Assembly (NCBI GenBank): GCA_963696385.1
Contig: CAVOKF010000005.1
Location: 416,001-480,000 of the forward strand
Direction: 5' to 3'
From: an uncultured delta proteobacterium
GTDB lineage: Bacteria > Myxococcota_A > Polyangia > Polyangiales > Polyangiaceae
DNA length: 64,000 bases
The notes under the pieces are model-generated. The model had not been told where the DNA came from. It made no database searches and saw only the letters and a list, made by a program, of their open reading frames with translations. Position numbers and translations under genes: made by a program. Of the stretch, positions 40,683 through 51,847 are shown in pieces (the stretch's first letter is position 1; the number at the start of each line of letters is the position of its first letter).

Positions 40683-41878
40683 GCCACCTCGACTGCGTCC
40701 CCCATTTGATCGCGCAGGAACTCGCGCAGCCGGCCGGTCAGCCGCTGCTCGAGCTGCCGCACCCGTTCGCGCGAAATGCCGAAACGATCGCCCAGCTCTT
40801 GCAGCGTCAGCGGGTCATCGGACACGAGCCGCGCATCGAATATCGCGAGCTCCTTCTCTTTGCCGATGAGGGTTTGGCGAAATGTCGCGAGCTTCTCTTT
40901 GAGCAGCCCTTGGAGCTCGCTGTCCGCGACGCGCGCCTCGGGGCCTTCGACGAGGCTGGGCATGGTGTCGATTTTCGCGGTCGCACGTCCTTCGCCGTCG
41001 CCGATCGGTGCGTCGAGCGATCGCTCGCTCGCCTGAAGCCGGACCTCCATGTCGGCGACTTCGCTCTCGGGAACGTTGAGCTGGCGCGCGACTTCCTCGT
41101 TGGTCGGCTCGACCCCCATCGCCTGAAGCTCCGCCCGCTTCTTCCGTAGATTGAAGAATAGCTTGCGTTGAGCTTGGGTCGTTCCGAGCTTCACCAGGCG
41201 CCAGTTGTTTAAAATGAACCGAAGGATGTACGCGCGGATCCACCACGCAGCGTACGAGGACAGCTTGACGCCCCGATACGGATCGTACCGCTTGACGGCC
41301 TGCATCAGCCCGATGTTGCCCTCCTGGATGAGGTCCATGATGTTCTTGTAGGCACGTCGGTATTCGTACGCGATCTTCACGACGAGTCGCAGATTCGAGG
41401 TCACCAACCTGGCGGCGACGCGCGGATCCTGCGTCGTAACGAACCGCTCGGCCAGGGCTTGGGTCTCCTCCGGTGCGAGCAGAGGATGCTTCTGAACCTC
41501 GCGAAGGTATGCCGAGAGGGGATCGAACCGCTCGATGGACGCGACGTCGGTTCCCTTGCCGGTTTTCGGAAGCGTCGGGGGGATGTCGTCGTCCACCCCC
41601 CCGGCATCTGGCTCGACCTCGGCGATCGCATCGTCGCCGTCGATTCCCTCGCTGAGGTCTGATGATCCCGCATCCGCCGCTCCCACCTCGCCGGGTAGGT
41701 CCGCCCCATCGCTCTCGTCCTCGGCGTCTGGGACCGGTCGAGCTTCCGGCTCTTCAGATCCCCGCGGCTCGGGGGTCGCGGACGCCGGTTGGCGTCGCAC
41801 CGGCACGGAGGCCGGCGGATGCTTCGAGGCGCGATGCCCTCTCTTGGTCGTCTGGCGCGGCTTGGTGGTTCGAGGCAC
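40679..41878 (-). CDS. rpoH: RNA polymerase sigma factor, sigma-32 (RpoH) family, with disordered N-terminal extension
   Basis: NLRLVVKIA, DLIQEGNIGLM, RpoH box QRKLFFNLR, ISRERVRQLE; GTG 41878 with AGGAAG RBS (start inferred). Confidence 0.88.
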   Translation of the reverse strand: MPRTTKPRQTTKRGHRASKHPPASVPVRRQPASATPEPRGSEEPEARPVPDAEDESDGADLPGEVGAADAGSSDLSEGIDGDDAIAEVEPDAGGVDDDIPPTLPKTGKGTDVASIERFDPLSAYLREVQKHPLLAPEETQALAERFVTTQDPRVAARLVTSNLRLVVKIAYEYRRAYKNIMDLIQEGNIGLMQAVKRYDPYRGVKLSSYAAWWIRAYILRFILNNWRLVKLGTTQAQRKLFFNLRKKRAELQAMGVEPTNEEVARQLNVPESEVADMEVRLQASERSLDAPIGDGEGRATAKIDTMPSLVEGPEARVADSELQGLLKEKLATFRQTLIGKEKELAIFDARLVSDDPLTLQELGDRFGISRERVRQLEQRLTGRLREFLRDQMGDAVEVA

Positions 41879-42125
41879 GGGTGCTTCCTGGCGGGTGCTC
41901 GGAGAGGTGCAGGCGTAGCACGTGTGGGAGTTCGTCGGAACGCCGGACCGTGGACGGGTCTCGCCGCCACGACCGAGGTGGACGTCGGTGTCCCGGGCTG
42001 GCAAGGGCCTGGTATCCCGCCGTGCGTCACGGGGCAGCGACCTCGGGGAGAGCGCCTCGGGTGAAAGCGCATGTGGATGCCGCGCGATTGACAAGCCGCG
42101 ACCGCTCGCGCAAACGTTCCGAGCG

Positions 42126-43229
42126 ATGTGCGAAGGAGACGGTCCCACCGACGAGTCCCTTGCGCTTCGCGATGGCGACTTTACCGATGCCTCCCCGGGT
42201 GCGCGCCGGGACCTCCGGCGGCGAATGAGCGCTTGGGGGCGCGTTGTCGCTGAGCGTCTTCGCAGCCTCGGCCACGATTTCGCGGTTTCGGTCGTCGACG
42301 AGGCCGGCGTCGAGCGCCTGCTGTTCATGAGCGGAGCAACGGTGGCGCTGGCGCTGTCTCGGACGGGCGAGAACCTCCGGGAAGGGGTCGAGCTCTCGCC
42401 TCCGCAGGCCCGTCTCGCGAGGACGCACTTGTCGGATCCCGCGCGCGCGTTGCAGCTGACAACCGTCCTCGAGCAACTGCCCGAACAATTCATCGTCGCG
42501 CTTGGCGGAGATCCGCCGTCTCTCATCGCACCCCGAACGACGATGGACGATCTGCGCCAACTTCTCGATCGGGTCGAACGGGAGCAGAGGCCCCTCTGGA
42601 TCGGCTGGACAGTTCCGAAGGACGTGGCCGTGACCCACGCCGCGTTGCTCGAAGAGCAATTGGCCGATGCTCTGGTTGCACTCGCCGGAGTGTTCGCTCT
42701 GGTCACGGGTGAGGGCGGCGAGGCGTCCCGGGTGCTGGCTGGCACGAAGGGGCCGCGACGCAAGCGCCCGCCAGCACGCGAGGAGGACGATGCGGAGCGG
42801 GGCACCCACCACGCGTCCTCTGGGCCGGCGCGGCGTCGGCCGCACCCTCGCGAGGAGACGTCCGATCGCGAGGTTCGGCCTGATCGCACGGCTGGGGTCG
42901 AACGCGACGGAGATGTTCCGGCGAAGGCCTCGTTCAACGCCAAGGCGCCCCTGCCGGCTTACCCTGGAAGACAGCGTCTCCGCGCTGGCCGAGCTGCGGC
43001 CTACGCTCGCTCCGACATCGGTCGTGGAACGCGCGTGCGGGTCCTCGAGGGTCCTTTTTCGGGCAAAGTGGGCGTGGTCCAGGAGCTCGACGGCAAGGGC
43101 GGCGCTCGAGTCATGCTAGGTCTGCTGGCCGTGCGTGTGGATGTGGATACCTTGACTACGCACATCGAGGGGCGGCGCCGTCCGGTGCTGTCGACCTCGC
43201 ATCGAAAGCCCGTGCCGGTTCGATCGTGA
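42126..43229 (+). CDS. Hypothetical protein with C-terminal NusG-like KOW motif
   Basis: GTRVRVLEGPFSGKVGVV; start uncertain; TTGACA at 42088 upstream. Confidence 0.75.
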   Translation: MCEGDGPTDESLALRDGDFTDASPGARRDLRRRMSAWGRVVAERLRSLGHDFAVSVVDEAGVERLLFMSGATVALALSRTGENLREGVELSPPQARLARTHLSDPARALQLTTVLEQLPEQFIVALGGDPPSLIAPRTTMDDLRQLLDRVEREQRPLWIGWTVPKDVAVTHAALLEEQLADALVALAGVFALVTGEGGEASRVLAGTKGPRRKRPPAREEDDAERGTHHASSGPARRRPHPREETSDREVRPDRTAGVERDGDVPAKASFNAKAPLPAYPGRQRLRAGRAAAYARSDIGRGTRVRVLEGPFSGKVGVVQELDGKGGARVMLGLLAVRVDVDTLTTHIEGRRRPVLSTSHRKPVPVRS

Positions 43230-45115
43230 CAACGGAGGACGTGGCTACGGCATCGACTGTTTCCGGAGAGCCAGAACCTCCGGTGAGATCCGCACTTTCG
43301 TCCGAAGCGAGGTACCCGACCACGCTGCGGGGCCAGTTTCTTCGCCACGCACCCCAGTACGTGCTGGGCACGCTGACGTTGGCGGGGTTTCAGTTCGCAA
43401 TGAACCGCATCGACTGGCAATCGAAGGCGGCAATCGACGACGTCTTCGGCACCGACCCTTCGAAAGCGTGGAGACCCGCGGCAACGATGCTTGCTTTGGC
43501 CGTCGCGGCGTTCGTCGCGCGCGTCGCCAGCCGTTGGCACCTGTTCAACGCGGGGCGCGACGCGGAGTACGAGTTGCGTTTCGAGCTTTTGCGCAAACTG
43601 CATCAGCTCGGCGCTGCCTTCTACCGCAAAATGCCGGCCGGCGAGATCATGAGCCGGTCGACGAGCGATCTACAGCAAGTGAGGATGCTTTTCGGATTCG
43701 GCGTCCTCAACGTGATCAACGTTTGCTTTGCGTTCGCGAGTGCGCTGCAGATCATGGTCGGGGTGAGTCCTCGGCTGACGATCGCCTGCCTGCTGAATCT
43801 GCCGCTCGTGACCGTGATTTCGCGCAGCGTGTCTCGTCGCTTATACCTGCGCATGCGCGAGAACCAGGCGGCTCTTGGCCGCATGAGCGATGTCCTTCAA
43901 GCGAACCTTGCAGGGGTGCGCGTCGTACGCAGCTTCGCGCTCGAAGAGAGGGAGCGCGCTCGGTTCGAGGCGACCAATCGAGAGTATCTGCGCGCGAGCC
44001 TGGCTCTCGCTCGGCTCCGCGGATCATTTGCGCCGACCATCGGCTCGGTCGCTGCAATCGGGATCCTGGTCTTCTTCTGGTACGGATCGACGCTCCTTCT
44101 GCGCGGTCCTACGCAGGGGGGCTTGTCTCAGGGGTCGTTTTTTGCATTTTGGAGTGCGTTTGCGCGCATGACATGGCCGATGATCGCCGTGGGCTTCGCG
44201 TTGAGCGTTGTGCAGCGAGGCCGGGCGGGATTTGCTCGACTTCGCGATGTGTTCGACGCCCGGCCCGAAGTGGTGGATGGGCCGCGCCGGGCGCCTCGCC
44301 ACGTAAGCGGCTCGTTGTGCGTCGACCATTTGACGTTCGCCTATGGCGACCGTCCTGTTCTCGATGGCGTGAGCCTGAGCGTGGCTCCCGGCGAGTCGCT
44401 TGCGGTCGTGGGACGTACCGGTTCGGGCAAGACGACGCTTGCGCTTCTGCTTGCGCGCCTGCTGCCGACGCCTCCCAAAGCCGTCCGGATCGATGGCGTC
44501 GACGTATGCGAACTGCCGCTCGCGTCGCTGCGTTGCGCGATCGGTTACGCGCAACAAGATGCATTTCTGTTTTCGACGACCGTCGCAAGAAACATCGGCT
44601 TTGCCCTCGACGATCCCGACACACCGGCGGCTCAGGCAAAGATTCGCCACGCGGCCGGTGAGGCCCAGGTGCTCGAAGAAGCACTGTCCTTGCCCGACGG
44701 TTTCGAAACCGTGGTCGGTGAGCGGGGAGTCCAGCTCTCGGGCGGGCAAAAGCAACGCATTGCGCTCGCGCGCGCTCTGGTGTGGGAACCGAGGATCCTC
44801 ATCCTGGACGACCCGCTGTCTGCGGTCGACGTCAAGACGGAGGGGGCCATACTGGACGCTATCGAGCGGCAATCCTCGCGTCGAACCGTGATTCTCATCA
44901 CCCATCGAATTGCCGCGGCATCCCGCTGCGATCGCGCGGTCGTCCTCGAGGAGGGCCGAATCGTCGAGCAAGGGACTCATGCGGAACTCGTGCGTTCCGG
45001 CGGAATTTACGCTGCCTTCGCCGAGGAGCAGCAAATGGCACGAGAGCTCGAGGAGCTCGGCGAGTCGGATGGCGAGCTGGGACAGGCGATCGCCGAAGGG
45101 GCTTCGGTGTCGTGA
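43226..45115 (+). CDS. ABC exporter permease/ATPase, heterodimer half 1
   Basis: TM domain plus GRTGSGKT, LSGGQ, ILILDD (non-catalytic Asp after Walker B). Confidence 0.93.
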   Translation: MTTEDVATASTVSGEPEPPVRSALSSEARYPTTLRGQFLRHAPQYVLGTLTLAGFQFAMNRIDWQSKAAIDDVFGTDPSKAWRPAATMLALAVAAFVARVASRWHLFNAGRDAEYELRFELLRKLHQLGAAFYRKMPAGEIMSRSTSDLQQVRMLFGFGVLNVINVCFAFASALQIMVGVSPRLTIACLLNLPLVTVISRSVSRRLYLRMRENQAALGRMSDVLQANLAGVRVVRSFALEERERARFEATNREYLRASLALARLRGSFAPTIGSVAAIGILVFFWYGSTLLLRGPTQGGLSQGSFFAFWSAFARMTWPMIAVGFALSVVQRGRAGFARLRDVFDARPEVVDGPRRAPRHVSGSLCVDHLTFAYGDRPVLDGVSLSVAPGESLAVVGRTGSGKTTLALLLARLLPTPPKAVRIDGVDVCELPLASLRCAIGYAQQDAFLFSTTVARNIGFALDDPDTPAAQAKIRHAAGEAQVLEEALSLPDGFETVVGERGVQLSGGQKQRIALARALVWEPRILILDDPLSAVDVKTEGAILDAIERQSSRRTVILITHRIAAASRCDRAVVLEEGRIVEQGTHAELVRSGGIYAAFAEEQQMARELEELGESDGELGQAIAEGASVS

Positions 45116-47016
45116 GCGAAACGGTCACGAGCCGTGGCAAACGGGCCGACCGGGCGCTGCGGACGTTTCACGAAGAAGGTGCAATCGGCAAGGCCTACGA
45201 CGCGCGCCTGCTGCGCCGCTTGTGGCCGTTCGTCCGGCCCCATGCCTCATTCATCGCCATATCGCTTGGAACGCTCTTCGTCATCGCGACCATCAATCTC
45301 GCGCGACCATTGCTCCTCGGCGACGTCGTAAGACAGGCCGCAGCGCGTGACCCGCGACGTCTCTGGCGTGACGGCCTGGGCCTGGGACTGATTCTCGTCG
45401 TGACGCAACTGCTCACGTACGTGCAGATGTACACGATGCAGATCGCGGGCGCGCGAGCCATGGCAGACCTGCGCACTGGGATTTTCAAGTTTTATCAACG
45501 GCTGCGGCTCCGTTACTACGACCGCACGCCGGTCGGCCGCTTGGTCACGCGCGCGACCAACGACGTCGACGCGGTGAGCGAGCTCTTCGCGTCCGGGGCC
45601 CTCAACGCGATGGGTGACGTCATTGCGCTGGTGGGCATCGTCGTGATGATGATCGTTCTCGACTGGCGGCTCTCGATCGTGAGTTTTGTCGGGTTGCCCT
45701 TCGTTCTTGGGATCGTCAACTACGTGCGGATGCGCTCGCGCGCCGCATACCGAGACGTCCGCGCTCGGACCGCGCGACTGAACGCGTTTCTCAACGAACA
45801 GGTCAACGGCATCGCCGTTGTCCAGGCGTTCGTCCGCGAGGCCGCAATGAGCCGCGAGTTCGACACAATCAACTGCGGATACCGCGAGGCGAACAAACAA
45901 GCGATCTTCTACGAAGCTCTTCTGGATGCCGCGATCGAGATGGTCGGTACCGTCTGCGTAGCCAGCATCCTGTGGTTTGCCGGACTCCGTCGCATCGGTG
46001 ACCACCGGATCACCTTCGCGTTGCTGGTGACCTTCACACAGTACATTCGGCAATTTTTCGAGCCTGTCAGCTTGCTCTCTCAGCGCTACACACTGCTTCA
46101 AAGTGCTATGTCGGGTGCCGAACGGATCTTCGAACTCCTCGACGAGAAGGACGTTTCACCGGATTCGCCGGTCATCACTCAAGGGTTGCCGTCCGGCCCC
46201 GCAGACGAGGCCATCGCGCTCGAGCACGTGGATTTCGAATACAAGCCCGGCAAGCCCGTGCTGCGTGACGTGAGCCTCGTCGCGCGCCGCGGCGAACGAA
46301 TCGCCCTCGTGGGGGCGACCGGGGCGGGAAAGACGACCGTCGCAAGCCTCCTGCTGCGGCTCTACGAGCCGCAAGGTGGCACCGTCCGGGTGCTTGGCCG
46401 GGACGTGCTCGCCTACGACCCGCACGCGCTTCGGCGACTGTTTTCGGTCGTCCCGCAGGACGTCTTCTTGTTCCCGGGCACCATCCTCTCGAACATCGCG
46501 ATCGCCGATGCGGTGCCCGATCGGGCTCGTGCAGTGGACGCGCTGCGACGCATCGGCGCGCTCGAGCTCTTTGAGCGGCGGCGCTCCGAGCTCGGCGGAG
46601 CAGCCGGGATCGACGCGCGCGTCGACGAGCGCGGCCAGAATTTCAGCGCTGGGGAGCGCCAGCTCCTGGCCTTCGCCCGGGCGATCTACGGCGATGCACC
46701 GTTGCTCGTCCTCGATGAGGCGACGGCGAGCGTGGACTCCGACACGGAGGGACGGCTGCAGAGCGCGCTCGAAGAGGCTCTCCGAGGGCGCACGGCGCTG
46801 GTCATCGCCCATCGCCTCTCGACGATTCGGGCGGCCGATCGCATCGTCGTGTTTCACAAAGGACGGGTCGTCGAGAGCGGCACGCACGATGAGCTTGTGG
46901 CTCACCGTGGCGTTTACGCGAAGCTCTATCGGATGCAGTTCGCGCACCAGCAGGCGGTCTTGGCCGAAAGGCGCGCACACGAAGCGTTCGTGGACGCTCC
47001 GTCGGGATCGCCCTAA
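45112..47016 (+). CDS. ABC exporter permease/ATPase, heterodimer half 2
   Basis: TM domain plus GATGAGKT, degenerate signature FSAGE, LDEATAS, AHRLST. Confidence 0.93.
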   Translation: MSETVTSRGKRADRALRTFHEEGAIGKAYDARLLRRLWPFVRPHASFIAISLGTLFVIATINLARPLLLGDVVRQAAARDPRRLWRDGLGLGLILVVTQLLTYVQMYTMQIAGARAMADLRTGIFKFYQRLRLRYYDRTPVGRLVTRATNDVDAVSELFASGALNAMGDVIALVGIVVMMIVLDWRLSIVSFVGLPFVLGIVNYVRMRSRAAYRDVRARTARLNAFLNEQVNGIAVVQAFVREAAMSREFDTINCGYREANKQAIFYEALLDAAIEMVGTVCVASILWFAGLRRIGDHRITFALLVTFTQYIRQFFEPVSLLSQRYTLLQSAMSGAERIFELLDEKDVSPDSPVITQGLPSGPADEAIALEHVDFEYKPGKPVLRDVSLVARRGERIALVGATGAGKTTVASLLLRLYEPQGGTVRVLGRDVLAYDPHALRRLFSVVPQDVFLFPGTILSNIAIADAVPDRARAVDALRRIGALELFERRRSELGGAAGIDARVDERGQNFSAGERQLLAFARAIYGDAPLLVLDEATASVDSDTEGRLQSALEEALRGRTALVIAHRLSTIRAADRIVVFHKGRVVESGTHDELVAHRGVYAKLYRMQFAHQQAVLAERRAHEAFVDAPSGSP

Positions 47017-47114
47017 CGCCTAGCGTGCAAGCGACCGGCTCAGGTCGATCCCCCTGCGCTCGCTTGCGCTTTGAGATACCTGTGGCAGGTGACGGTGAAA
47101 GGAGATCGAACGAC

Positions 47115-47537
47115 ATGCCGACTCGAAAAGCGACCGCCACGTGGGAAGGAGCGATAAAAACCGGCAAAGGGACCTTCAAGGGTGCAACGGGTCTGGCCGG
47201 CGCCTTCTCCTTTGCATCCAGGTTCGAGAGCGGATCCGGATCCAATCCCGAGGAGCTCCTCGCCGCGGCCGAGGCCTCCTGTTTCAGTATGGCGTTGAGC
47301 CTGGGCCTTGAGCAAGCCGGTGCGCCGCCGACGCGCATCGACACGGAGGCCGCGTGCACGATCGAACGGTCGGGCGAAGGGTTCAAGATTACCAAGATCC
47401 AGTTGTCCGTCCGGGCGCGTGTTCCGAACATCGATGCCGCGAAGTTTCAGCAGATCGCGCGCGCGACGAAAGAAACCTGCCCCGTTTCCGTCGCCTTGCA
47501 CTCCGTGAACATCGAGCTCGACGCGCAGCTCGTCTGA
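47115..47537 (+). CDS. osmC: OsmC family peroxiredoxin
   Basis: SRFE.G.GSNPEELLAAA..SCF...CPVS; AAGGAG RBS. Confidence 0.92.
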   Translation: MPTRKATATWEGAIKTGKGTFKGATGLAGAFSFASRFESGSGSNPEELLAAAEASCFSMALSLGLEQAGAPPTRIDTEAACTIERSGEGFKITKIQLSVRARVPNIDAAKFQQIARATKETCPVSVALHSVNIELDAQLV

Positions 47538-47619
47538 GAACATCTGGGGTCGGACCTTGGGTGGCTCGGCGTCGCAGAGGGCTTGACAGCGTGATCTAAA
47601 GCCTTACCGCTCTCGTCCC

Positions 47620-49533
47620 ATGGACGCGAGCGCGCAAGCCGTCACTCACTCATTCCAAGCGGAAGTGGCCCAGGTCTTGAACCTGGTAATCCACTCGCTC
47701 TATAGCCATAAGGAGATCTTTCTCAGAGAGCTCGTGTCGAACGCCTCCGACGCGCTCGACAAGCTGCGCTTTCGTGCACTGACCGAGCCGGGCGTGTACG
47801 ACGGCGACACGACGCTGGCGATCCGTATCCGCGCCGATCGCGAGCACAGGACCGTGACGATCGAGGATACGGGGATCGGAATGACCGAGGAGGAGCTCGT
47901 GCGCGACCTGGGCACCGTCGCACGTTCGGGCTCTCGCGCGTTCGTGGAGCAATTGGCGAAACAGGGGCAAAAGGACGCGCGGCTGATCGGACAGTTCGGG
48001 GTGGGCTTCTACAGCGCGTATCTGGTCGCGGATCGGACGGAGGTCGTTTCCAGGCCGGCCGGGCCGGGGCAGAGCGCCCACCGATGGGTGTCGGACGGCA
48101 AGGATACGTTCACGATCGCCCCGGCCGATCGGAAGGATCGCGGCACGGCCGTCACGCTTCACTTGCGCGCGGATCAGGCCGAGTTTCTCGAAGACTGGCG
48201 CCTCCGTGAGTTGGTCAAACGGTACTCCGAGTACGTCAGCCACCCGATCCAGCTTGGGGTCACGAAGGGGACGGGGGCGGAACAGAAGACCGAGTACGAA
48301 ACGATCAACACGGCGAGTGCTCTCTGGCAGCGGCCGAAGAGCGAGATTACCGACGAGCAATACGACGAGTTCTACCGTCACCTTGCGCATGGGGGCGGCC
48401 AGACGCCGATCGCGCGTTCGCACTTCAAAGTCGAAGGGACGCAGGAGTTTTCCGGTCTTCTGTACGTTCCCCGCGAGCGGCCGTTCGAGTTGCGGTTCGG
48501 CATGAAGCATCGCGGCGTGCGCCTCTATGTTAAGCGCGTTCTGGTCATGGAAGACTGCGAGGAAATCGTCCCCGACTGGCTTCGCTTCATCGTGGGCGTT
48601 GTCGACTCGGACGACCTACCGCTCAACGTGTCTCGAGAGATTCTCCAAGAATCGTCGGCGGTGCGCACCATCAAGAGGCAAGTTGTCAAACACGTGCTCG
48701 ATGCGCTCGAGGCGACCGCGGCCGAGCGGCCCGACGACTACGTCACATTCTGGAAGGCCTTCGGCTCGTACGTCAAACAAGGTGCCGCGAGCGATTTCGA
48801 AAATCGGACTCGACTTGCGAAGCTTATCCGATACGAGAGCACGGCCGGCGAAGGGCTCGTCGCGTTGGCCGATTACGTAAAGCGCATGAAGGAGGGACAG
48901 GATTCCATTTATTACGCGATCGGAGAATCGCGCCGGGCTCTCGAGAGCGCGCCGCATCTCGAAGGGCTTCGCAAGCACGGATACGAAGTGCTGCTGATGA
49001 CCGATCCCGTCGACGAATGGGCGAGCGACTCGCTCGGCTCGTTCGAAGGCAAGCCGCTCGTATCGGCCATGCGAGCGGAGCTGAAACTCGAACCGAAGGA
49101 CGAAGCAAACAAGGATCACGAAGCCGACGAGGAGGCACTGCGACCGCTCTTCGATCGCGTCCGATCGGTTCTCGGCGCGCGCATTACGGAGGTGAAGTCG
49201 AGCGATCGGCTGACCGATTCCCCCTGCTGCCTTGTGCTGGCCGGCAAGGCGCCGCACGGGTTCGTCGAACGCCTTTTGCGCGAGGCGGGGCGCGATGTGG
49301 CCAAATCGGCTCGCATCCTCGAAATGAACCCGCAGCACCCGATCGTGAAGAACCTGCGCGTTCTGCTCGACCAGGGTGATACGCGCGTGGCCGACTGGAT
49401 CGAGCTTCTCTATGACCAGGCTCTGGTGGCCGAGGGGGCCCCGCTCGACGACCCGAATGGATTCACGCGACGAGTGACCTCGCTCTTGACGGCCGTGTCG
49501 CAGGCAAGCATCGCCGCGCCGAGGCCGGCGTAG
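47620..49533 (+). CDS. htpG: Molecular chaperone HtpG (Hsp90)
   Basis: [43 protein letters not shown]. Confidence 0.97.
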
Positions 49534-49633
49534 CTATAGCTCGGTCGCTCCGCCAGGCCGGACGACCCCCCGACGACCGCGGCAGATTCGCGGACACGCT
49601 ACGGCAAGAGAACACCCGCCCCCGAGGAGCCCC

Positions 49634-50509
49634 ATGCAAGGCAAGACCGTCGTCATCACCGGAGCCAACCAAGGAATCGGCAAGGCGTCCGCTGTGGCGC
49701 TCGGGGCCTTGGGGGCGAAAGTCGTGCTGGTGTGCCGGAATGCCGACAAGGGCCGTGCGGCGGTCGGCGACATCGAGCGTGCGGGCGCCAAGGGCGTCGA
49801 TCTGATCCTCGCGGACATGGGCTCGCAGGCCGACATCCGTCGCGCCGCCGCCGAGATTCGATCGAAGCATCGTCGAATCGATGTTCTCTTGAACAATGCG
49901 GGAGTCTTCGTCCCGTCGCGTCGCATCACCGTCGATGGTCTCGAGGAGACATTTGCGGTCAACCACTTGGGCTATTTTTTGCTGACGAGCTTGTTGCTCG
50001 ACGTCCTCCTGGCGAGCGCCCCGTCTCGCGTCGTGAGCGTGAGCAGTGAAGCGCATCGCCGTTCCAGGATGCGCTGGGACGATCTGCAATTCGAGGACGG
50101 TCGGTACAAGGCATTCGGCGCGTACGGGCAGTCCAAATTGGCCAACATCCTTTTCACGCGCGAGCTCGCGCGGCGCCTCGACGGAACGGGCGTGACGGCG
50201 AACTGCCTCCACCCGGGGCTCGTCGCATCCGGATTCGGTCACACGTACGGGGGCGCGTTTGGCGTCATGGTGAGCCTCGCTCGTCCTCTCATGATCGGGC
50301 CCGAGGATGGCGCTCGGACCTCCGTCTACCTTGCGTCGTCGCCGAACGTCACGGCGGTTACGGGAAAGTACTTCGACAAATGCAAGGAGCGTCGGCCGAG
50401 CGCTGCGGCTTTAGAGGACGGCGCTCCCGAGCGTCTATGGAGCATCAGCGAGCGGCTGACGGCCTTGCACGGAACGGGGACCGAGGTGGTGGAGAGCGCA
50501 GCCAACTAG
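49634..50509 (+). CDS. SDR family oxidoreductase (retinol dehydrogenase-like)
   Basis: TGANQGIG, NNAG, FAVNHLG, YGQSK. Confidence 0.93.
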   Translation: MQGKTVVITGANQGIGKASAVALGALGAKVVLVCRNADKGRAAVGDIERAGAKGVDLILADMGSQADIRRAAAEIRSKHRRIDVLLNNAGVFVPSRRITVDGLEETFAVNHLGYFLLTSLLLDVLLASAPSRVVSVSSEAHRRSRMRWDDLQFEDGRYKAFGAYGQSKLANILFTRELARRLDGTGVTANCLHPGLVASGFGHTYGGAFGVMVSLARPLMIGPEDGARTSVYLASSPNVTAVTGKYFDKCKERRPSAAALEDGAPERLWSISERLTALHGTGTEVVESAAN

Positions 50510-50623
50510 GGTGGGGAGGAGCGCCTGGATGGCTTGAGCCTCGGTTTCGTGACTTAACGGTAGCGGTCGTGGTAGCTCAAATGGGATTCGCCGGGGTTGC
50601 GTCGCCCGAGCGTTCCTTCGCCG

Positions 50624-51823
50624 ATGTCTCAGCCATCTCATCCGCTGTTCCCTCGCGTGTTGCGCCCTCGCCGTGCCGCCCCCGCGGACGCCGTACGCCC
50701 TACGCGCGCGGAGATCAATTTGCACGCGCTGCGCCACAACCTCCGCGTGGTGCGCAAGCACGCGGCCGGCGCCAATGTTTGGGCGGTTCTCAAAGCCGAC
50801 GCGTACGGGCATGGGGCGCCCGCCGTTGCCCGCACGCTCGAGCGCGCGGGCGTCGACGGATTCTGCGTGGCGCTGCTCGAAGAAGGGATCGAGCTTCGCG
50901 AGGCGGGGATCGTCGTGCCCATCCTGGTCATGGGCGGACACTTTGGCCACGCGCACGAGGAAGCGATCGCCCGGGCGCTCGTTCCGGTCGTGCACGACCT
51001 CGAGTCCATCAGCGCCTTTGCGAGTCTGGTTCGATCGGGAACGGTCTCCGGGCCCATCGACGTGCACCTAAAAGTCGATACGGGCATGTCTCGCCTCGGC
51101 GCGACCATGCGCGAGCTGCCCAGCGTCGCCGCGCGGCTGGCCGAAGCCTCCGAATTGCGCGTCCGTGGTCTGATGACGCATCTCGCCTGCGCGGACGCTG
51201 TCGGCGATCTTGAAACGAACGAAGCCATGGTCCGCTTCGGCGAAGCCATGGCCGTGCTCGCGCGCTACGGCATTCGGCCCGATGTGCGCCACGCCGCGAA
51301 CAGCGCGGCGCTGCTTCGCGGGCAAGCCCGCTTCGAGGCGGTCCGTCCCGGCATCGCACTTTTCGGCGTCGCGCCGCGGCTCGCGGGCAAGGCCCTGACC
51401 GACGAGCTCAAGCCCGTGATGCGAGTCAGGTCCGAGATCGTGTCGCTCCGAGAGCTCGATGCGCAATCCCCGGTGGGTTATGGCGCGACGTGGCGGGCAT
51501 CCCGTCCGTCGCGCATAGCGACCGTTCCTGTTGGCTATGCCGATGGCTTCAGCCGCCACCTTGGCAACGGGGGTCATGTCCTCGTGCGCGGGCGGCGCGC
51601 GCCGATCGTCGGGGCCGTGTCGATGGACCTGACGATGGTCGACGTGACCGACATCGACGGCGCCAGCGTTCGCGACGAAGTCGTGGTGCTTGGCGCACAG
51701 GATGGCCCCCTCGGCAGGGATGCCATCGGTGCCGACGAGATCGCTGTGGCCGCCGACACGATTCCCTGGGAGGTCATGACGAGCATTTCGCGTCGCGTCC
51801 CGCGGTTCTATCGTGAGCCGTAG
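50624..51823 (+). CDS. alr: Alanine racemase
   Basis: VLKADAYGHG, HLKVDTGMSRLG, VGYGA, GYADG, SMD. Confidence 0.96.
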   Translation: MSQPSHPLFPRVLRPRRAAPADAVRPTRAEINLHALRHNLRVVRKHAAGANVWAVLKADAYGHGAPAVARTLERAGVDGFCVALLEEGIELREAGIVVPILVMGGHFGHAHEEAIARALVPVVHDLESISAFASLVRSGTVSGPIDVHLKVDTGMSRLGATMRELPSVAARLAEASELRVRGLMTHLACADAVGDLETNEAMVRFGEAMAVLARYGIRPDVRHAANSAALLRGQARFEAVRPGIALFGVAPRLAGKALTDELKPVMRVRSEIVSLRELDAQSPVGYGATWRASRPSRIATVPVGYADGFSRHLGNGGHVLVRGRRAPIVGAVSMDLTMVDVTDIDGASVRDEVVVLGAQDGPLGRDAIGADEIAVAADTIPWEVMTSISRRVPRFYREP

Positions 51824-51847
51824 GCATAGCTGTACACTCGCCCGCCC

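Noticed and set aside
41879..42943. 754-aa version of the sigma factor ORF
   Set aside because: The extension is the antisense shadow of the KOW gene; a GTG start with RBS at 41878 is more plausible.
43226..47016. Degenerate ABC motifs as pseudogenisation
   Set aside because: One degenerate nucleotide-binding site is the normal pattern in heterodimeric exporters.
50563..50600. GCGGTCGTGGTAGCTCAAATGGG resembles a tRNA 5' end
   Set aside because: No anticodon arm, T-loop (GTTCRA) or complementary acceptor stem follows.
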